This document shows, piece by piece, positions 1 through 10,729 of a stretch of DNA of 64,000 nucleotides. The notes beneath the pieces were generated by a model. It was given only the letters and a program-made list of their open reading frames with translations. It ran no database searches and was not told where the DNA came from. Each line of letters begins with the position of its first letter. The first letter of the stretch is position 1. A program made the position numbers and the translations under genes. The DNA is from Candidatus Poseidoniales archaeon (GTDB lineage: Archaea > Thermoplasmatota > Poseidoniia > Poseidoniales > Poseidoniaceae): positions 40,683-104,682 of the forward strand of contig JAYODQ010000001.1 of the NCBI GenBank assembly GCA_038106355.1, given 5' to 3'.

Positions 1-543
1 TCTGCAGCAAAATGTAGTTCCGATGTTCCAGTTTTTGTATTGAATGGTGTTTCTAAGGTGTATTATGCACCTGGCTGGCGAATTGGATATCTTGCTCTGC
101 ACGACCCGCAGAAAAGATGCGATCAGATTCGTGATGGTATCGAACGAATTCTGAGATCGAGGTTATGTGCCTCAACCCCTGCTCAATACGGATATCTTGC
201 AGGTTTGGAGGGGCCAAAGGATTGGATGGAGGAATATCAATCTAAAATTTTGAAACAGCGTGATTATTGTATCAATCGTATCCAATCTATTGAAGGATTG
301 GAAGTACAACATCCAAGAGGTGCTTTCTATATGTTTGTGAAAATCACTCATCCCAAATGGAAAGATGATGACAAGAAATTTGTGCTGGAACTGCTCCAAC
401 AAAAGCATGTTTTGCTTGTTCATGGTAGCGGATTTTCGCCAAATTTAGGAAAGGGTCATTTCCGGTTGGTCTACTTGGCGAACGTCCAAATATTGGAACG
501 TGCATTTGATAAAATTGAAGAATTTTTATCACAGAAGGAATAA
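1..543 (+). CDS. PLP-dependent aminotransferase class I/II, 5'-truncated by window edge
   Basis: NGVSKVYYAPGWRIG carries the SK...GWRIG PLP-lysine motif; also GAFYMF and HFRL C-terminal motifs. Frame is open from position 1. Confidence 0.9.
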   Translation, partial: SAAKCSSDVPVFVLNGVSKVYYAPGWRIGYLALHDPQKRCDQIRDGIERILRSRLCASTPAQYGYLAGLEGPKDWMEEYQSKILKQRDYCINRIQSIEGLEVQHPRGAFYMFVKITHPKWKDDDKKFVLELLQQKHVLLVHGSGFSPNLGKGHFRLVYLANVQILERAFDKIEEFLSQKE

Positions 544-585
544 GGCAAACGATGAATTCAAAAAAAAAGCGAAGGAGGTGGTGAT

Positions 586-3500
586 ATGGGTAAAAATGGT
601 GCAATACTTATGGCCATTGTTGCATCCTTACTCCTTATTCCTTCAGTCCAAGCTTCAAGCATAGTAACTTCATCCGAGGCAACTTTTTTCAATTATTTTC
701 CACTCATCCTCGCTTTTTTGACAGCGATTTTTATACGAATTTGGTTTATTCCCAGTCAATTGTCAAATTTACAAGTAGCATTTGAAGTCGACGATAACGT
801 GTATGAAGTACACAGAATCACACACAATGCAAAAGAGGTCAGGGAATTATTCAAAGTCGACTTGGTGAATTACGGTATTATTCTTTATCTCATGGGGCTC
901 ACAGGTGTACTCATCTTGATTGCGGAATTACTTTTTGATGCAGACCAATTTTATGAAATTAATTTGATGTTTATTGCACTTTTGATCGCAATTCCAGTCA
1001 TTATTTCTCCATGGGAAACACTCAATGTTCAGATTCTTGGAAGACGCCAATCAGGTTCGACGAAACCTTCGCTCATCAACACGCTTCTTCGAAGATTAGT
1101 CACAATTGGCGTACTGATTGGTTCGACGTCGGCTGTTCTTCTGTATGGTCAAAGTATTGAAGGTAAGATTACTCCGCTATGGCTTGCTATTGGTATGTTG
1201 GCCTTTATGGGGCCAACAATTTTTGCATACGGCCGAATCATGGGTGCTTCATGGAATATGCTTCTCATTAGTAAATGGAGAACAACCCGAGGAAAAGCGA
1301 ACCCAATCGACCCAGACAAGAATGGATTTGTGGGTAGGATATTTTCATTTCTTCTTGTTCTTTTCTTGATTACGATGCCTGTTACAGCACTTAATGGAAT
1401 CGTTACAGTCTTGCATGTTCTCATCAACAAGCCAGTGAATCAAGAAGAAGTTCTCAATTATGGTGGCATTATTGGTCATGCACTCTACTCGAATATCGAT
1501 GAAATTTCTGAAATCTTAGGTCAACTTGAATTTATCAAGAAACTCCCGGAATTCCTTTCGCTTTATTTAACACTCAACATTGCGATTGTAGGTCTAGCGT
1601 TCATTTTTGAGTTAACTCGAAACTTAGTTCTCGGTGGACAAACCTTTGGTGGCCTTTTTGGTGTTACACTGGATACCCCCCGTGAAATACGAAGTGAAAA
1701 GAGTGCCCAAGCAAGACAACTTACGTTCGCTTTTGCTGGATTTTCCGGGTACACAGTCTTGTTGCTCATCTTGGTTTGCTATAAAGAATTTGGAGACCTT
1801 ATGCCAATGATCGATGTGCTTGAAGCAAATGGTTTTGATGAGGGATTGAGATTACTTACAACTTGGATGTTTATTGCTGTTGGGCAAGTTATTTTTCTTC
1901 TCACTTGGGTTTTGTCCATTGCGAAATTTGGCTCCCTTTCTAAATTATCATTTGATTTGGACCCAGAAACTCGTCGAGAGGGTGCTGTGAAATTAGCTGG
2001 GGGGGATTGGTTAAGGGACCTCATTGAAGACGCTGCAGGTCAAGAGGACATCGATTTGTTGATCCGTATTCAAGAGCATGAATTTGCTGGTGACCCTTCA
2101 CTTATCCGTCAAGAAAAAATTCGTGCATCAATGTGGGAAAAAGCCCTACGCGGATTATGGCCTGAGGCCATTGAAGAAGGCAGAAAAGTACTTGCCCAAG
2201 CGGGTGGAGATGACGACCCTGCTCGTATGGTCATTGCTACAGGTTATCTTGCTCTTCGAAGACTCGATGCTGCGAAAGAGGCACTCAACGGATTGGAACA
2301 AGACGAAGGATACGATGAACCCGAACTTCTATCGTTTGTTGCTGAATGGCTTGACCCCTGGCAAGGAAATGTCTCAGAGGATGATTTGTGGGATTGGGAA
2401 AACAATCCAATAATTGAGCAATTGCAAGATACATTGGAGATGTTGTCTGATTGGAGCCCAGTTCCTTCAGAGATGAGATTGTCGAAAAACAAAATCACAC
2501 TGACTTCACAATTATCTATGGTTGGATTGCTCAGGGCACAACGTCGGTACGATGAAGCTCTCGATTTAGCTTACAGCCTCGTTCGCCAGAATCCTACAGG
2601 TGTTCGTCCAAGAATTGCAGTTGCGCTATGTCTGGTTGACATTGGAGAATGGCATGATGCTCGAGAAATACTCGATGAATTGATAGAAAGTGATCCAAAT
2701 GACCCGCGTGTCCTTGCACTCTCTGCAATCTTTGGATATGGTCAAAAAGGTCGAAAAGAACTTGAAGTCTCCATCGTTTTGGATAAAGGAAAACAACTCA
2801 AACGCTGGATTGACTTAGCACCAACCAATGCTTTTGCTGCAATTCAATTAAAGGGAGGCATGGATGAAGCATTAACGGCAAATGTGCTTATCGCTGCCCA
2901 CGAATCTGTCAAACAAGGTATGCCTTCAAGATACTCGAGTGGAATCATATCGTATGTAGTTGTGTTTGGGATGCTGTTTCCACTCCTCATCGCAGCATCT
3001 ATCTTTTACGCCGGCCTCACCTCTCAAACTGAAGGGGCAATTGCCTTCCTTATCGGTTTTGCATTTTATCTCTTTTACCGAAGATTCAAATCTCAACAGG
3101 AACATTTGATTCAACATAGAGACCAAGCGTTGATGATAAAGTACGCAAAGCGAATGAAGAGATACAAGGTAAAACCCCAAGAGGAAAACATTCCAATTGG
3201 CACTCACCTTCTCTTATCGGGTATTCTTGTCACAGTGAGCGGAGTTGTTCTTGATATTGGTTTGCCAGCATGGATGATTCATCGATGTACGATGGATAGT
3301 GATAAGGTTGTTCGATCACGGCTCAAAAAGCGAGCTTTGAAACTCGTTAATGCCAAGCCTCCACGTTTCCAAATACTTGGAAAAGCTTGGTGGTTGAAGA
3401 GACCAATCGAGAACGAGGAGGAAACAACGGTGCTTCAACGAAATCTTGGTAATGTGGCATATCGTGGAAGGCCACAATATATCCAGAGAAAATTACCTGC

Positions 3501-3606
3501 GAGTTTAAATTCACTTGCTAAAAGTGGTAAAGTCGATATCAAAGAACGATTTATTCCAAGAAACACCATTCGAAGCGAAAAGAATGTTCAGAGTCTCACC
3601 GATTGA
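586..3606 (+). CDS. Large multi-pass membrane protein with central TPR-like helical region
   Basis: 1006 aa; signal-like N-terminus, many hydrophobic segments in the first ~450 aa, TPR-like repeats (RRYDEALDLAYSLVRQNP; GEWHDAREILDELIESDPND), two further TM segments. GGAGGTGGTGA SD upstream. Confidence 0.7.
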   Translation: MGKNGAILMAIVASLLLIPSVQASSIVTSSEATFFNYFPLILAFLTAIFIRIWFIPSQLSNLQVAFEVDDNVYEVHRITHNAKEVRELFKVDLVNYGIILYLMGLTGVLILIAELLFDADQFYEINLMFIALLIAIPVIISPWETLNVQILGRRQSGSTKPSLINTLLRRLVTIGVLIGSTSAVLLYGQSIEGKITPLWLAIGMLAFMGPTIFAYGRIMGASWNMLLISKWRTTRGKANPIDPDKNGFVGRIFSFLLVLFLITMPVTALNGIVTVLHVLINKPVNQEEVLNYGGIIGHALYSNIDEISEILGQLEFIKKLPEFLSLYLTLNIAIVGLAFIFELTRNLVLGGQTFGGLFGVTLDTPREIRSEKSAQARQLTFAFAGFSGYTVLLLILVCYKEFGDLMPMIDVLEANGFDEGLRLLTTWMFIAVGQVIFLLTWVLSIAKFGSLSKLSFDLDPETRREGAVKLAGGDWLRDLIEDAAGQEDIDLLIRIQEHEFAGDPSLIRQEKIRASMWEKALRGLWPEAIEEGRKVLAQAGGDDDPARMVIATGYLALRRLDAAKEALNGLEQDEGYDEPELLSFVAEWLDPWQGNVSEDDLWDWENNPIIEQLQDTLEMLSDWSPVPSEMRLSKNKITLTSQLSMVGLLRAQRRYDEALDLAYSLVRQNPTGVRPRIAVALCLVDIGEWHDAREILDELIESDPNDPRVLALSAIFGYGQKGRKELEVSIVLDKGKQLKRWIDLAPTNAFAAIQLKGGMDEALTANVLIAAHESVKQGMPSRYSSGIISYVVVFGMLFPLLIAASIFYAGLTSQTEGAIAFLIGFAFYLFYRRFKSQQEHLIQHRDQALMIKYAKRMKRYKVKPQEENIPIGTHLLLSGILVTVSGVVLDIGLPAWMIHRCTMDSDKVVRSRLKKRALKLVNAKPPRFQILGKAWWLKRPIENEEETTVLQRNLGNVAYRGRPQYIQRKLPASLNSLAKSGKVDIKERFIPRNTIRSEKNVQSLTD

Positions 3607-3656
3607 GCAAAACTATCAATCAATCAATTCATGAACCGTTTTTCTTCTCCCTGTTT

Positions 3657-4967
3657 ATGACTCATGTTCCTGGGGCATGGAAACCAAGCAAACAATCCAC
3701 AGAATACGCCGATAAAGTTCTAAAGGCAACTCAAGATAGTGGCTCATTGTATCGCTATGGACTTCCTATGATCGCTTCGGAAAATATCATTTCACCACGG
3801 GTAGCTGAAGTTGTGAACAGTGATTTGCACGGACGTTATGCTGAGGGATTGCCAGGTAAACGCTATTATCAGGGATGTACGGATTTTGATACGATAGAAT
3901 CCATCGGTATCCAACTGGCGAAAGAAATTTTTAACGCACCATTTGCAAATATTCAATCCACTTCAGGAACGGTAAGCAATATCGGTGCACTCAAAGCACT
4001 CGCTCCATCTGGAGGAAAAATCACCGCAGTGTCAACCGCCGATGGCGGACATATTTCACACGCAAGAATGGGTGCAGTTGGACTTCGTAATCTTGATTTG
4101 ACCACTTACCCTTGGGACGAAGAACGAATGGAGCCTGATGTAGATGCCTCATGTAAAATGATTCGTGAAGTTCAACCTGATTGTGCACTATTTGGGCAAT
4201 CGGTTTTTTTGTTTCCAACGCCGATGAAGGAAATGGCTGATGCAGCAAAAGAATCCGGAGCCAATGTGATGTACGATGGTGCCCACGTGTTAGGTCTAAT
4301 TGCAGGTGGGCAATTTCAAGACCCATTACGAGAAGGTGCTGATGTCATGACTGGTTCTAGTCACAAAACATTTCCTGGGCCTCAAGGTGGATTTATGCTC
4401 TCTTCATCAGAAGATGAGAGTTTTCATCGAAAATTAAACAATGCAATGTTCCCCGGCGTTTGTTCCTCGTATCATTTACATCATGTTGCTGGGAAAGTCG
4501 TGGCACTCGCAGAATTCAAAGAGTACGGAGTTGCATATGCAAAGGATACCGTTTCGAATGCAAAAGCACTTGCATCCGCTTTATCCACTGAAGGTTTTGA
4601 TGTACTTGCCGAATCACGAGGGTTCACTGCATCGCATCAAATCGTGACTCGGCATGGTGACTTAGACTCAGGTGCTGGCGCAAAAGCAGCTGCTGTGCTT
4701 GAGAAAGCAGGAATCATCACCAACATGAATATGTTGCCGGGGGATACAAAGGCTTTGTCTCCATCTGGATTACGGTTAGGTGTTCAAGAATTAACACGAG
4801 TAGGCATGTCACCAGACGAAATGCAAGATATTGCAAAATTGTATCGGCGTGTGCTCCTCGATGGTGAAGAACCTTCACTTGTCCGTCAAGCCGTTCGCGA
4901 GCTTAAATCTGAATTCCAAACAGTTCGTTACTGCTTCAATGAAGATGAACTCTCAGGGTATCCGTGA
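3657..4967 (+). CDS. glyA: Serine hydroxymethyltransferase
   Basis: IASEN, YAEGLPGKRYYQGC, GGHISH, SSHKTFPGPQGG (PLP Lys), SGLRLG. Start moved to ATG 3657. Confidence 0.96.
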   Translation: MTHVPGAWKPSKQSTEYADKVLKATQDSGSLYRYGLPMIASENIISPRVAEVVNSDLHGRYAEGLPGKRYYQGCTDFDTIESIGIQLAKEIFNAPFANIQSTSGTVSNIGALKALAPSGGKITAVSTADGGHISHARMGAVGLRNLDLTTYPWDEERMEPDVDASCKMIREVQPDCALFGQSVFLFPTPMKEMADAAKESGANVMYDGAHVLGLIAGGQFQDPLREGADVMTGSSHKTFPGPQGGFMLSSSEDESFHRKLNNAMFPGVCSSYHLHHVAGKVVALAEFKEYGVAYAKDTVSNAKALASALSTEGFDVLAESRGFTASHQIVTRHGDLDSGAGAKAAAVLEKAGIITNMNMLPGDTKALSPSGLRLGVQELTRVGMSPDEMQDIAKLYRRVLLDGEEPSLVRQAVRELKSEFQTVRYCFNEDELSGYP

Positions 4968-4973
4968 ACAAAA

Positions 4974-5987
4974 GTGATCGTAGTGGCTACATCCATCGAG
5001 GGTATTCAGACTTGCGACAATGGCACAATTCTCTATGGTGAGAACATTGAACTGTACGTTTATGGAATGATGGAATTCCAATCTTGGTTTCATCATCTCG
5101 ACCTTCTTTCAAACAGTCCACTTCATCGAAAATTATTGTACGCTGCAACAGATTCATTCGAATCCTTGGCATATTTTGGACTTCAAAAATCTAATTATTT
5201 CGCCCGTATGAAGAAGTTTACTTCATCTGTACACAAGATATGGAAAATATTTGGATGGGGCTTATTTTTTCCGAAAGAAAAAATAATTCAAGCAAGTGTT
5301 CAAACAGAATTAACCGTAGGTTTTGCATTGGCAGCCATGGAATTTTTTGAAGTTGAACGTTTGAAATTTGAATCAAATCAATTGAATGACCAAACGATGC
5401 AACTTTCGTTTCAACCATCAAAAAAACCAATGAAGAGTGTATCAAAAGTTGATTCTTTCGATTGGGATATTGATATCGAGCCGTCCATTGAATATGATTC
5501 CTCATTTGAAGTTGATAAAAGACCCTCTGGATGGTATCTTGATGAGCAACGAAGTTTTTTCTTACCACGGGACACAATGCTTCACTTTTATCACGCCATG
5601 CTGCCATTAGAATTTGACACAAAACATCGTAAAAATGAACTTCTTGAAATTGAAGGAATTCATGACAGACACATTCAGATTTTTCGAAGTGTGCTCATTG
5701 CGAGTTCCCTGGCAGAACAGGAATCTACAGAACCAAGTTTTGTCCAAACAGAAGACGATTGGACTAACATTCTGGGGCAAATCATACCAAACCGAGGTTT
5801 TGGACAATATCAAATTTTACAATTTGACATTCACTCTCGATGTGTATCTCTCCTGATTCGTAGTACAAATGCACCATACATTATCGGAAAAATTTGGTCA
5901 AAATGGGAGAAGGCGACGGGCTCTCGTTCCAAATGTTCCATTGTCATCGAAAAATCGGGAGTTTTGTTCATGTTTTCACCAGTTTAG
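4974..5987 (+). CDS. Hypothetical protein, possibly degenerate tandem V4R-like ligand-binding domains
   Basis: 337-aa ORF; two loosely repeated units (FGWG...VGFALAAMEFFE and RGFG...IIGKIWSKWEKATG). Start uncertain, family call weak. Confidence 0.5.
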   Translation: MIVVATSIEGIQTCDNGTILYGENIELYVYGMMEFQSWFHHLDLLSNSPLHRKLLYAATDSFESLAYFGLQKSNYFARMKKFTSSVHKIWKIFGWGLFFPKEKIIQASVQTELTVGFALAAMEFFEVERLKFESNQLNDQTMQLSFQPSKKPMKSVSKVDSFDWDIDIEPSIEYDSSFEVDKRPSGWYLDEQRSFFLPRDTMLHFYHAMLPLEFDTKHRKNELLEIEGIHDRHIQIFRSVLIASSLAEQESTEPSFVQTEDDWTNILGQIIPNRGFGQYQILQFDIHSRCVSLLIRSTNAPYIIGKIWSKWEKATGSRSKCSIVIEKSGVLFMFSPV

Positions 5988-6089
5988 TTTGTGTGAAAAT
6001 ACATTTTCGTGTTGTGTGCCCCTACTCAGCAGGGGTGAAGTTCTATAACCGATATGAGTAGTCGGAGTGATTGCACAGATGTGCGGGGT

Positions 6090-9000
6090 ATGTCAATGAG
6101 TTTAAGTCCTAATCAAATGGCGTATATCTCAATCGTTTCAACTTTGATTTTTGGTTCCCTCTTTGTAGGCGTTTCAGGGTTTTATCAAACCAACGAAGGA
6201 ATCGGTGGATTTGACAGTGCACTTGAAGAAAACATTCAGGGTGAAGGTGAGGATTATTTTGATTCTCCCGACACTGATGGTGATGGATTATCCGATAAAC
6301 TTGAAGAAACTCAATATGGAACTGACCCAATGAATCCGGATACAGATAACGATGGAATGAGTGACGGTTGGGAGGTTGCACATGGGTTGAATCCACTTGA
6401 CAATGGAGAATCTCAAGATCTGGAAAATGATCCTACAAGTGATACCGAAACTGAAGATGGGAAGGTCGAAGAAGAAACTGACTCATGGCCCGACCCAAAT
6501 CAAGGCCCGAATGGAGATCCCGACCGAGATGGACTTACCAATAAGGACGAAGAAGAACTTGGAACCGATCCTCAACGTGCAGATACCGACAACGATGGAC
6601 TCAATGACAAATGGGAATCGCTTTACACCATGGTTGTCCAAACTCCAGGTGGAGATATCACTCTCTTCAATCCACTCAGCGGTAATTGGGATTGTATTCT
6701 GCTGGACTCCGCAATGCGCGAAGCGTTGATGCAGAAATACGATGGTCAAGATGGTGAAATGAATTGGATGGACCTTGCAGTAAATAATCGACATTCATGT
6801 GACATGGTTCTTGACTCCGACAACGATGGTCTTGCAAACTTTGAAGAAGAATTGTACGGAACGAACCCTACCGCTCGTGATTCTGACATGGACCTCATTG
6901 ATGATATCATTGAAGTTGCTAACTCAACGATCCTTCTCAAGAAAGGATTGGGCGAACAATGCAACAGAGGTCTCGTAGAATTCATTGATACCACAGGACC
7001 TTTCTTTGGCTTTGACACCACTTGGTTTCGACAAGATATGGATGGTGACGGTAAATTAAACGGCCCATCTGATTGGGATACCGACGGAGATGGAATGCCA
7101 GATGGTTTTGAATTCTGTTACTCAAAATCCAATCTAGCACCTAACAAAGATTCGTCGAAAACTCTTGACCCTGCTAACGCATCAGATGGATACAACGACT
7201 GGGATGAAGATGGGCTCAACAATGTTGAAGAATATATGGTCGCACAAATTTTCGGAGAAGACAATTTCACATCACCATGGAGAATGGATACCGATGAAGA
7301 CCTCATGCCTGACCAGTGGGAAGCTGCAAATGGCTTGCACCCAAGGGATAGCAGCAATTTTGACAAGGACCCCGACATGGATGGATGGGATGCCGATGGT
7401 GATGGAGCAGTTCGATACGATACTCTTGAACTGACGGCCATTGTATACAGCGTTGATGTCATCTTAGGTCAAGAAGTCATTGCAAATCAGACAGTTGCAA
7501 GGGCTAGAATTACACTTGGTGGAGGAAATCAGCAGATTATTCCTCTCTTATCACCAGTCGATGGATACGTGTATGACATCAATGTTGCAAACGGTGACAC
7601 CGTTGATTCTCGTTTGTTCACATGGATGACCATCGTCGAAGAACATGAACGTTTCACGAACCTCATGGAATATCAAGCACGAGATCGTGACGGTGATGGC
7701 ATACTTGATGGGCGAAGTACAAATCCTCTCGTTGCCGATACCGATGGCGATGGACTCATCGATGGTATCGAGGTCCTCGGTTGGGAAATTCTTGTGATTA
7801 ATCGTGGTGTGCAGGAAACATGGGTTACTTCTGACCCAGGTCTCTATGATACCGATATGGACGGACTATCTGATTATGAAGAATTTTCATCGACTTGCGA
7901 TGGTGGCTCGAATGCATCTAATCCCGATACAGATTCGGATGGTTTAACCGATCTTCAAGAAGCTGGCGATAACTTCCAATGGGAAGGTGTACCATATTCA
8001 ACAAGCCCGTGTATGTTTGACACAGACAATGATGGTTTAGAGGATGGGGAGGAGGTCATTGCTGGTGAAGATAATTTCCTGACCCATGCAAATAAATCCG
8101 ATACTGACGATGATGGTCTTGTCGATGGACAAGAAGTTCTTTACGTTCCAAGACCATTCCAGAATCCGACGAATCCACTGATCAATGATACAGATGCAGA
8201 TGGTATGTTGGATGGCTGGGAGATGCAGGTAAAATCTGCTGAAGATAACACGAATTCACATAGTCTATGGGTTACGACTTCTACTTGGTTACGACCTGGC
8301 TGTGAAGTTTCACAAACATCATCTTGTACGATGCAACCTGGTGGCTATGTTTGGCAGAACTGGCTCGGCGGTTTCGTTCTTGAGCCAAAATTCCAAGTGA
8401 GCGAAATGAATTTGACAGGATTCTCCATGCCAAGCAATCAAAAATGTGATGGTTGCAATGGTCGGTGGGCACTTGACCCCTCATTGGGCTCCCTACCAGA
8501 TGATGTTTTTGATGTTGACAATGATACATTGCTTAACAGTGCAGAAGCACCAGACCGATGGAACACAAATCCAGTGGATGATGACACAGACGGCGACTTG
8601 CTCCCTGATGGTTGGGAAGTATCATACTCTGAATTAGCGTTTGATTTGGGACTTATCGACAACCAAACCCTTAGTGCAAACGGTGCACGTGGTGTGATGG
8701 ATCCTGCTATGAAAGACAGCGACTTGGATGGCATCAATGATGGTGAGGAAGACCCAGACCGAGATGGATTGAATCGTACTGGCCTCATCAAGAAGTACTG
8801 TCCTGGATACAACGATACATCGAATTCAGAATGTAACATCGACCCTGATACACCCGATGGACAACGGTTTTACAACAACCTTGAAAATTATACCAATTAT
8901 GAAGAAATGCAAAATGGAACGAATCCAGTTCGAAATGACACAGATGGAGACGAATGGAATGATGGACCTGAAGTCTATTATCAAGACCATGATGGCGATG

Positions 9001-9179
9001 GTATGGCAACAGGTTGGGAATATCATTTCCAGTTTGACCCATACGATGGCGCTGACCGGATGGTCGACACCGATGGAGATGGGCATGTCAATTACTGTGA
9101 ATACAAATGGGATACAAACCCACGAAATCCAGTGTCATTCCCAGGACAAGGAGAACTCTGCGATCCATTTGAATCATGA
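6090..9179 (+). CDS. Membrane-anchored extracellular protein with many DxDxDG (thrombospondin type-3-like) Ca-binding repeats and a lipoyl-fold insert
   Basis: N-terminal TM segment, then numerous DTDGDG/DSDNDG..E...GTDP units; extremely Asp-rich with paired Cys. Confidence 0.85.
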   Translation: MSMSLSPNQMAYISIVSTLIFGSLFVGVSGFYQTNEGIGGFDSALEENIQGEGEDYFDSPDTDGDGLSDKLEETQYGTDPMNPDTDNDGMSDGWEVAHGLNPLDNGESQDLENDPTSDTETEDGKVEEETDSWPDPNQGPNGDPDRDGLTNKDEEELGTDPQRADTDNDGLNDKWESLYTMVVQTPGGDITLFNPLSGNWDCILLDSAMREALMQKYDGQDGEMNWMDLAVNNRHSCDMVLDSDNDGLANFEEELYGTNPTARDSDMDLIDDIIEVANSTILLKKGLGEQCNRGLVEFIDTTGPFFGFDTTWFRQDMDGDGKLNGPSDWDTDGDGMPDGFEFCYSKSNLAPNKDSSKTLDPANASDGYNDWDEDGLNNVEEYMVAQIFGEDNFTSPWRMDTDEDLMPDQWEAANGLHPRDSSNFDKDPDMDGWDADGDGAVRYDTLELTAIVYSVDVILGQEVIANQTVARARITLGGGNQQIIPLLSPVDGYVYDINVANGDTVDSRLFTWMTIVEEHERFTNLMEYQARDRDGDGILDGRSTNPLVADTDGDGLIDGIEVLGWEILVINRGVQETWVTSDPGLYDTDMDGLSDYEEFSSTCDGGSNASNPDTDSDGLTDLQEAGDNFQWEGVPYSTSPCMFDTDNDGLEDGEEVIAGEDNFLTHANKSDTDDDGLVDGQEVLYVPRPFQNPTNPLINDTDADGMLDGWEMQVKSAEDNTNSHSLWVTTSTWLRPGCEVSQTSSCTMQPGGYVWQNWLGGFVLEPKFQVSEMNLTGFSMPSNQKCDGCNGRWALDPSLGSLPDDVFDVDNDTLLNSAEAPDRWNTNPVDDDTDGDLLPDGWEVSYSELAFDLGLIDNQTLSANGARGVMDPAMKDSDLDGINDGEEDPDRDGLNRTGLIKKYCPGYNDTSNSECNIDPDTPDGQRFYNNLENYTNYEEMQNGTNPVRNDTDGDEWNDGPEVYYQDHDGDGMATGWEYHFQFDPYDGADRMVDTDGDGHVNYCEYKWDTNPRNPVSFPGQGELCDPFES

Positions 9180-9195
9180 TGGAATAGTGTAATTC

Positions 9196-10686
9196 ATGGC
9201 CCGATTAAAAGCGACACTCATTCTCATTGTGTTTCTTTTGCCACTGATTTCTGAGACTTCGTCTTCATCCGAGCCTTCCATAACATTTGAACAAGAACAT
9301 GGATATGTGGTCACGAATTCGTCGGTCAACCTATCTGGTTATTCAAACATTGAGATGAAAAAGGCTACATGGAAACTTTGGGATGTGAGTAACCCCTCAA
9401 TGACAACATTGGTTGAGTCAGGAGACCATTTGACCATCGTTTCACCAATCAGTGATTCTTTTTGGAAGTGGAATTTACAATTTGAAGTTCAAAATTTGAA
9501 TTGCACTTGTTACCTCATTATTTCATTGCCTGATGGAATCGACGTGATTCAATCAAACATCTTGTTGTACATTGGTGAGACAAATCATCGGCCTGAAATT
9601 ATGTTGCCTCATTCTCTTGAATCATCGTTTACTTCCCAAAATAGAATTCTATTGTCAAAAGTAAATGCGGTTGTCACCTTAAAAGCATTCGTACCTTCCG
9701 GATCGCTATCCGATGCACAACTTATAGCAAATGTGTGCGAATCACCATTTTGGGTCTGTCTCCAAGAACGATTTCAAATTCCGTTGAATTTTTCAACCAG
9801 CGGGAATGATTTGTCAATTTCTCTTAACTCCGATGTCTTAAATTTGGACGATGGAATTTGGGATTTTGAGCTGATTCTTATCGATGAATTACTCGTGAAT
9901 TCAGCACCAATCTATCTTCAAGTTCACATTGACACACAACTTCCCCACGTCGAACTTGAGTTTGACACAAATCAAAAAGAAAATAATCAATTTTCAGTTT
10001 TTGCTAACATTGACGATGGATATACAGGCTCAAGTGAGGTCTTGACATGGATGCTCCGTACTCCTACAGGAAGTGTTCGTTCGTTGTCTTCTACCGAAAT
10101 TATTGATGAAAATCGGCTCGAACTCAACTTAAGTGTACCAGGTACATACACTATTGAAGTATTGGTACGAGATTCTGCAGGTCATTATAACCGTACGAAT
10201 CAATCCTTTGTCGTTGAAGATATCCAGCCATTGGCTGACATTTATTTTGATACAATGAAACTAACCTCTGGAATGACATTGGAAGCCAATATAGATGGAC
10301 AATGGAACATTTACACTCTGCCAAATCAAGTTCTAGACCCAACAAGTGTCTCTTGGAGTATCCTTTTTCCAAATGGTGAAGTCGTCGTGTTTTCTGATAC
10401 AATGGTGAATTCAACCATCTTCACCACGGAAGGAACATATGTTCTGACTTTGCAAGTTTCGGATGACGAAGGAAGTGTGTCCTTGTCTACCATGCAATTG
10501 AACATCGTCAATTCCAATCATGATACTTCCTCAACACAGATCGATTCATTGTTTGCAGGGGTACTTCTTCTTTCCAGTCTCTTTGTGTTCCTTATCGTAT
10601 ACAATCTAAATTTTAAAAAGAAAGGAAAATCAACGACTGAATTGCCAAAATGGACTTCAGAACTTGATACAAAAAAGGAAAGTTGA
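9196..10686 (+). CDS. Secreted PKD/Ig-like domain protein with C-terminal TM anchor
   Basis: Signal peptide; PGTYTIEVLVRDSAG and GTYVLTLQVSDDEG PKD-like strands; TM followed by KKKGK and an LPKW tail. Confidence 0.75.
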   Translation: MARLKATLILIVFLLPLISETSSSSEPSITFEQEHGYVVTNSSVNLSGYSNIEMKKATWKLWDVSNPSMTTLVESGDHLTIVSPISDSFWKWNLQFEVQNLNCTCYLIISLPDGIDVIQSNILLYIGETNHRPEIMLPHSLESSFTSQNRILLSKVNAVVTLKAFVPSGSLSDAQLIANVCESPFWVCLQERFQIPLNFSTSGNDLSISLNSDVLNLDDGIWDFELILIDELLVNSAPIYLQVHIDTQLPHVELEFDTNQKENNQFSVFANIDDGYTGSSEVLTWMLRTPTGSVRSLSSTEIIDENRLELNLSVPGTYTIEVLVRDSAGHYNRTNQSFVVEDIQPLADIYFDTMKLTSGMTLEANIDGQWNIYTLPNQVLDPTSVSWSILFPNGEVVVFSDTMVNSTIFTTEGTYVLTLQVSDDEGSVSLSTMQLNIVNSNHDTSSTQIDSLFAGVLLLSSLFVFLIVYNLNFKKKGKSTTELPKWTSELDTKKES

Positions 10687-10729
10687 ACAAGAATTAAATG
10701 CAACGATTCAAAAAATGTGAGATGTTGGA

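Noticed and set aside
6270..9130. Repetitive GAT/GAC-rich DNA (also ~14900-15650) as possible CRISPR or tandem repeat
   Set aside because: Repeats are degenerate and exist at protein level (DxDxDG); no identical direct repeats with spacers and no cas genes.
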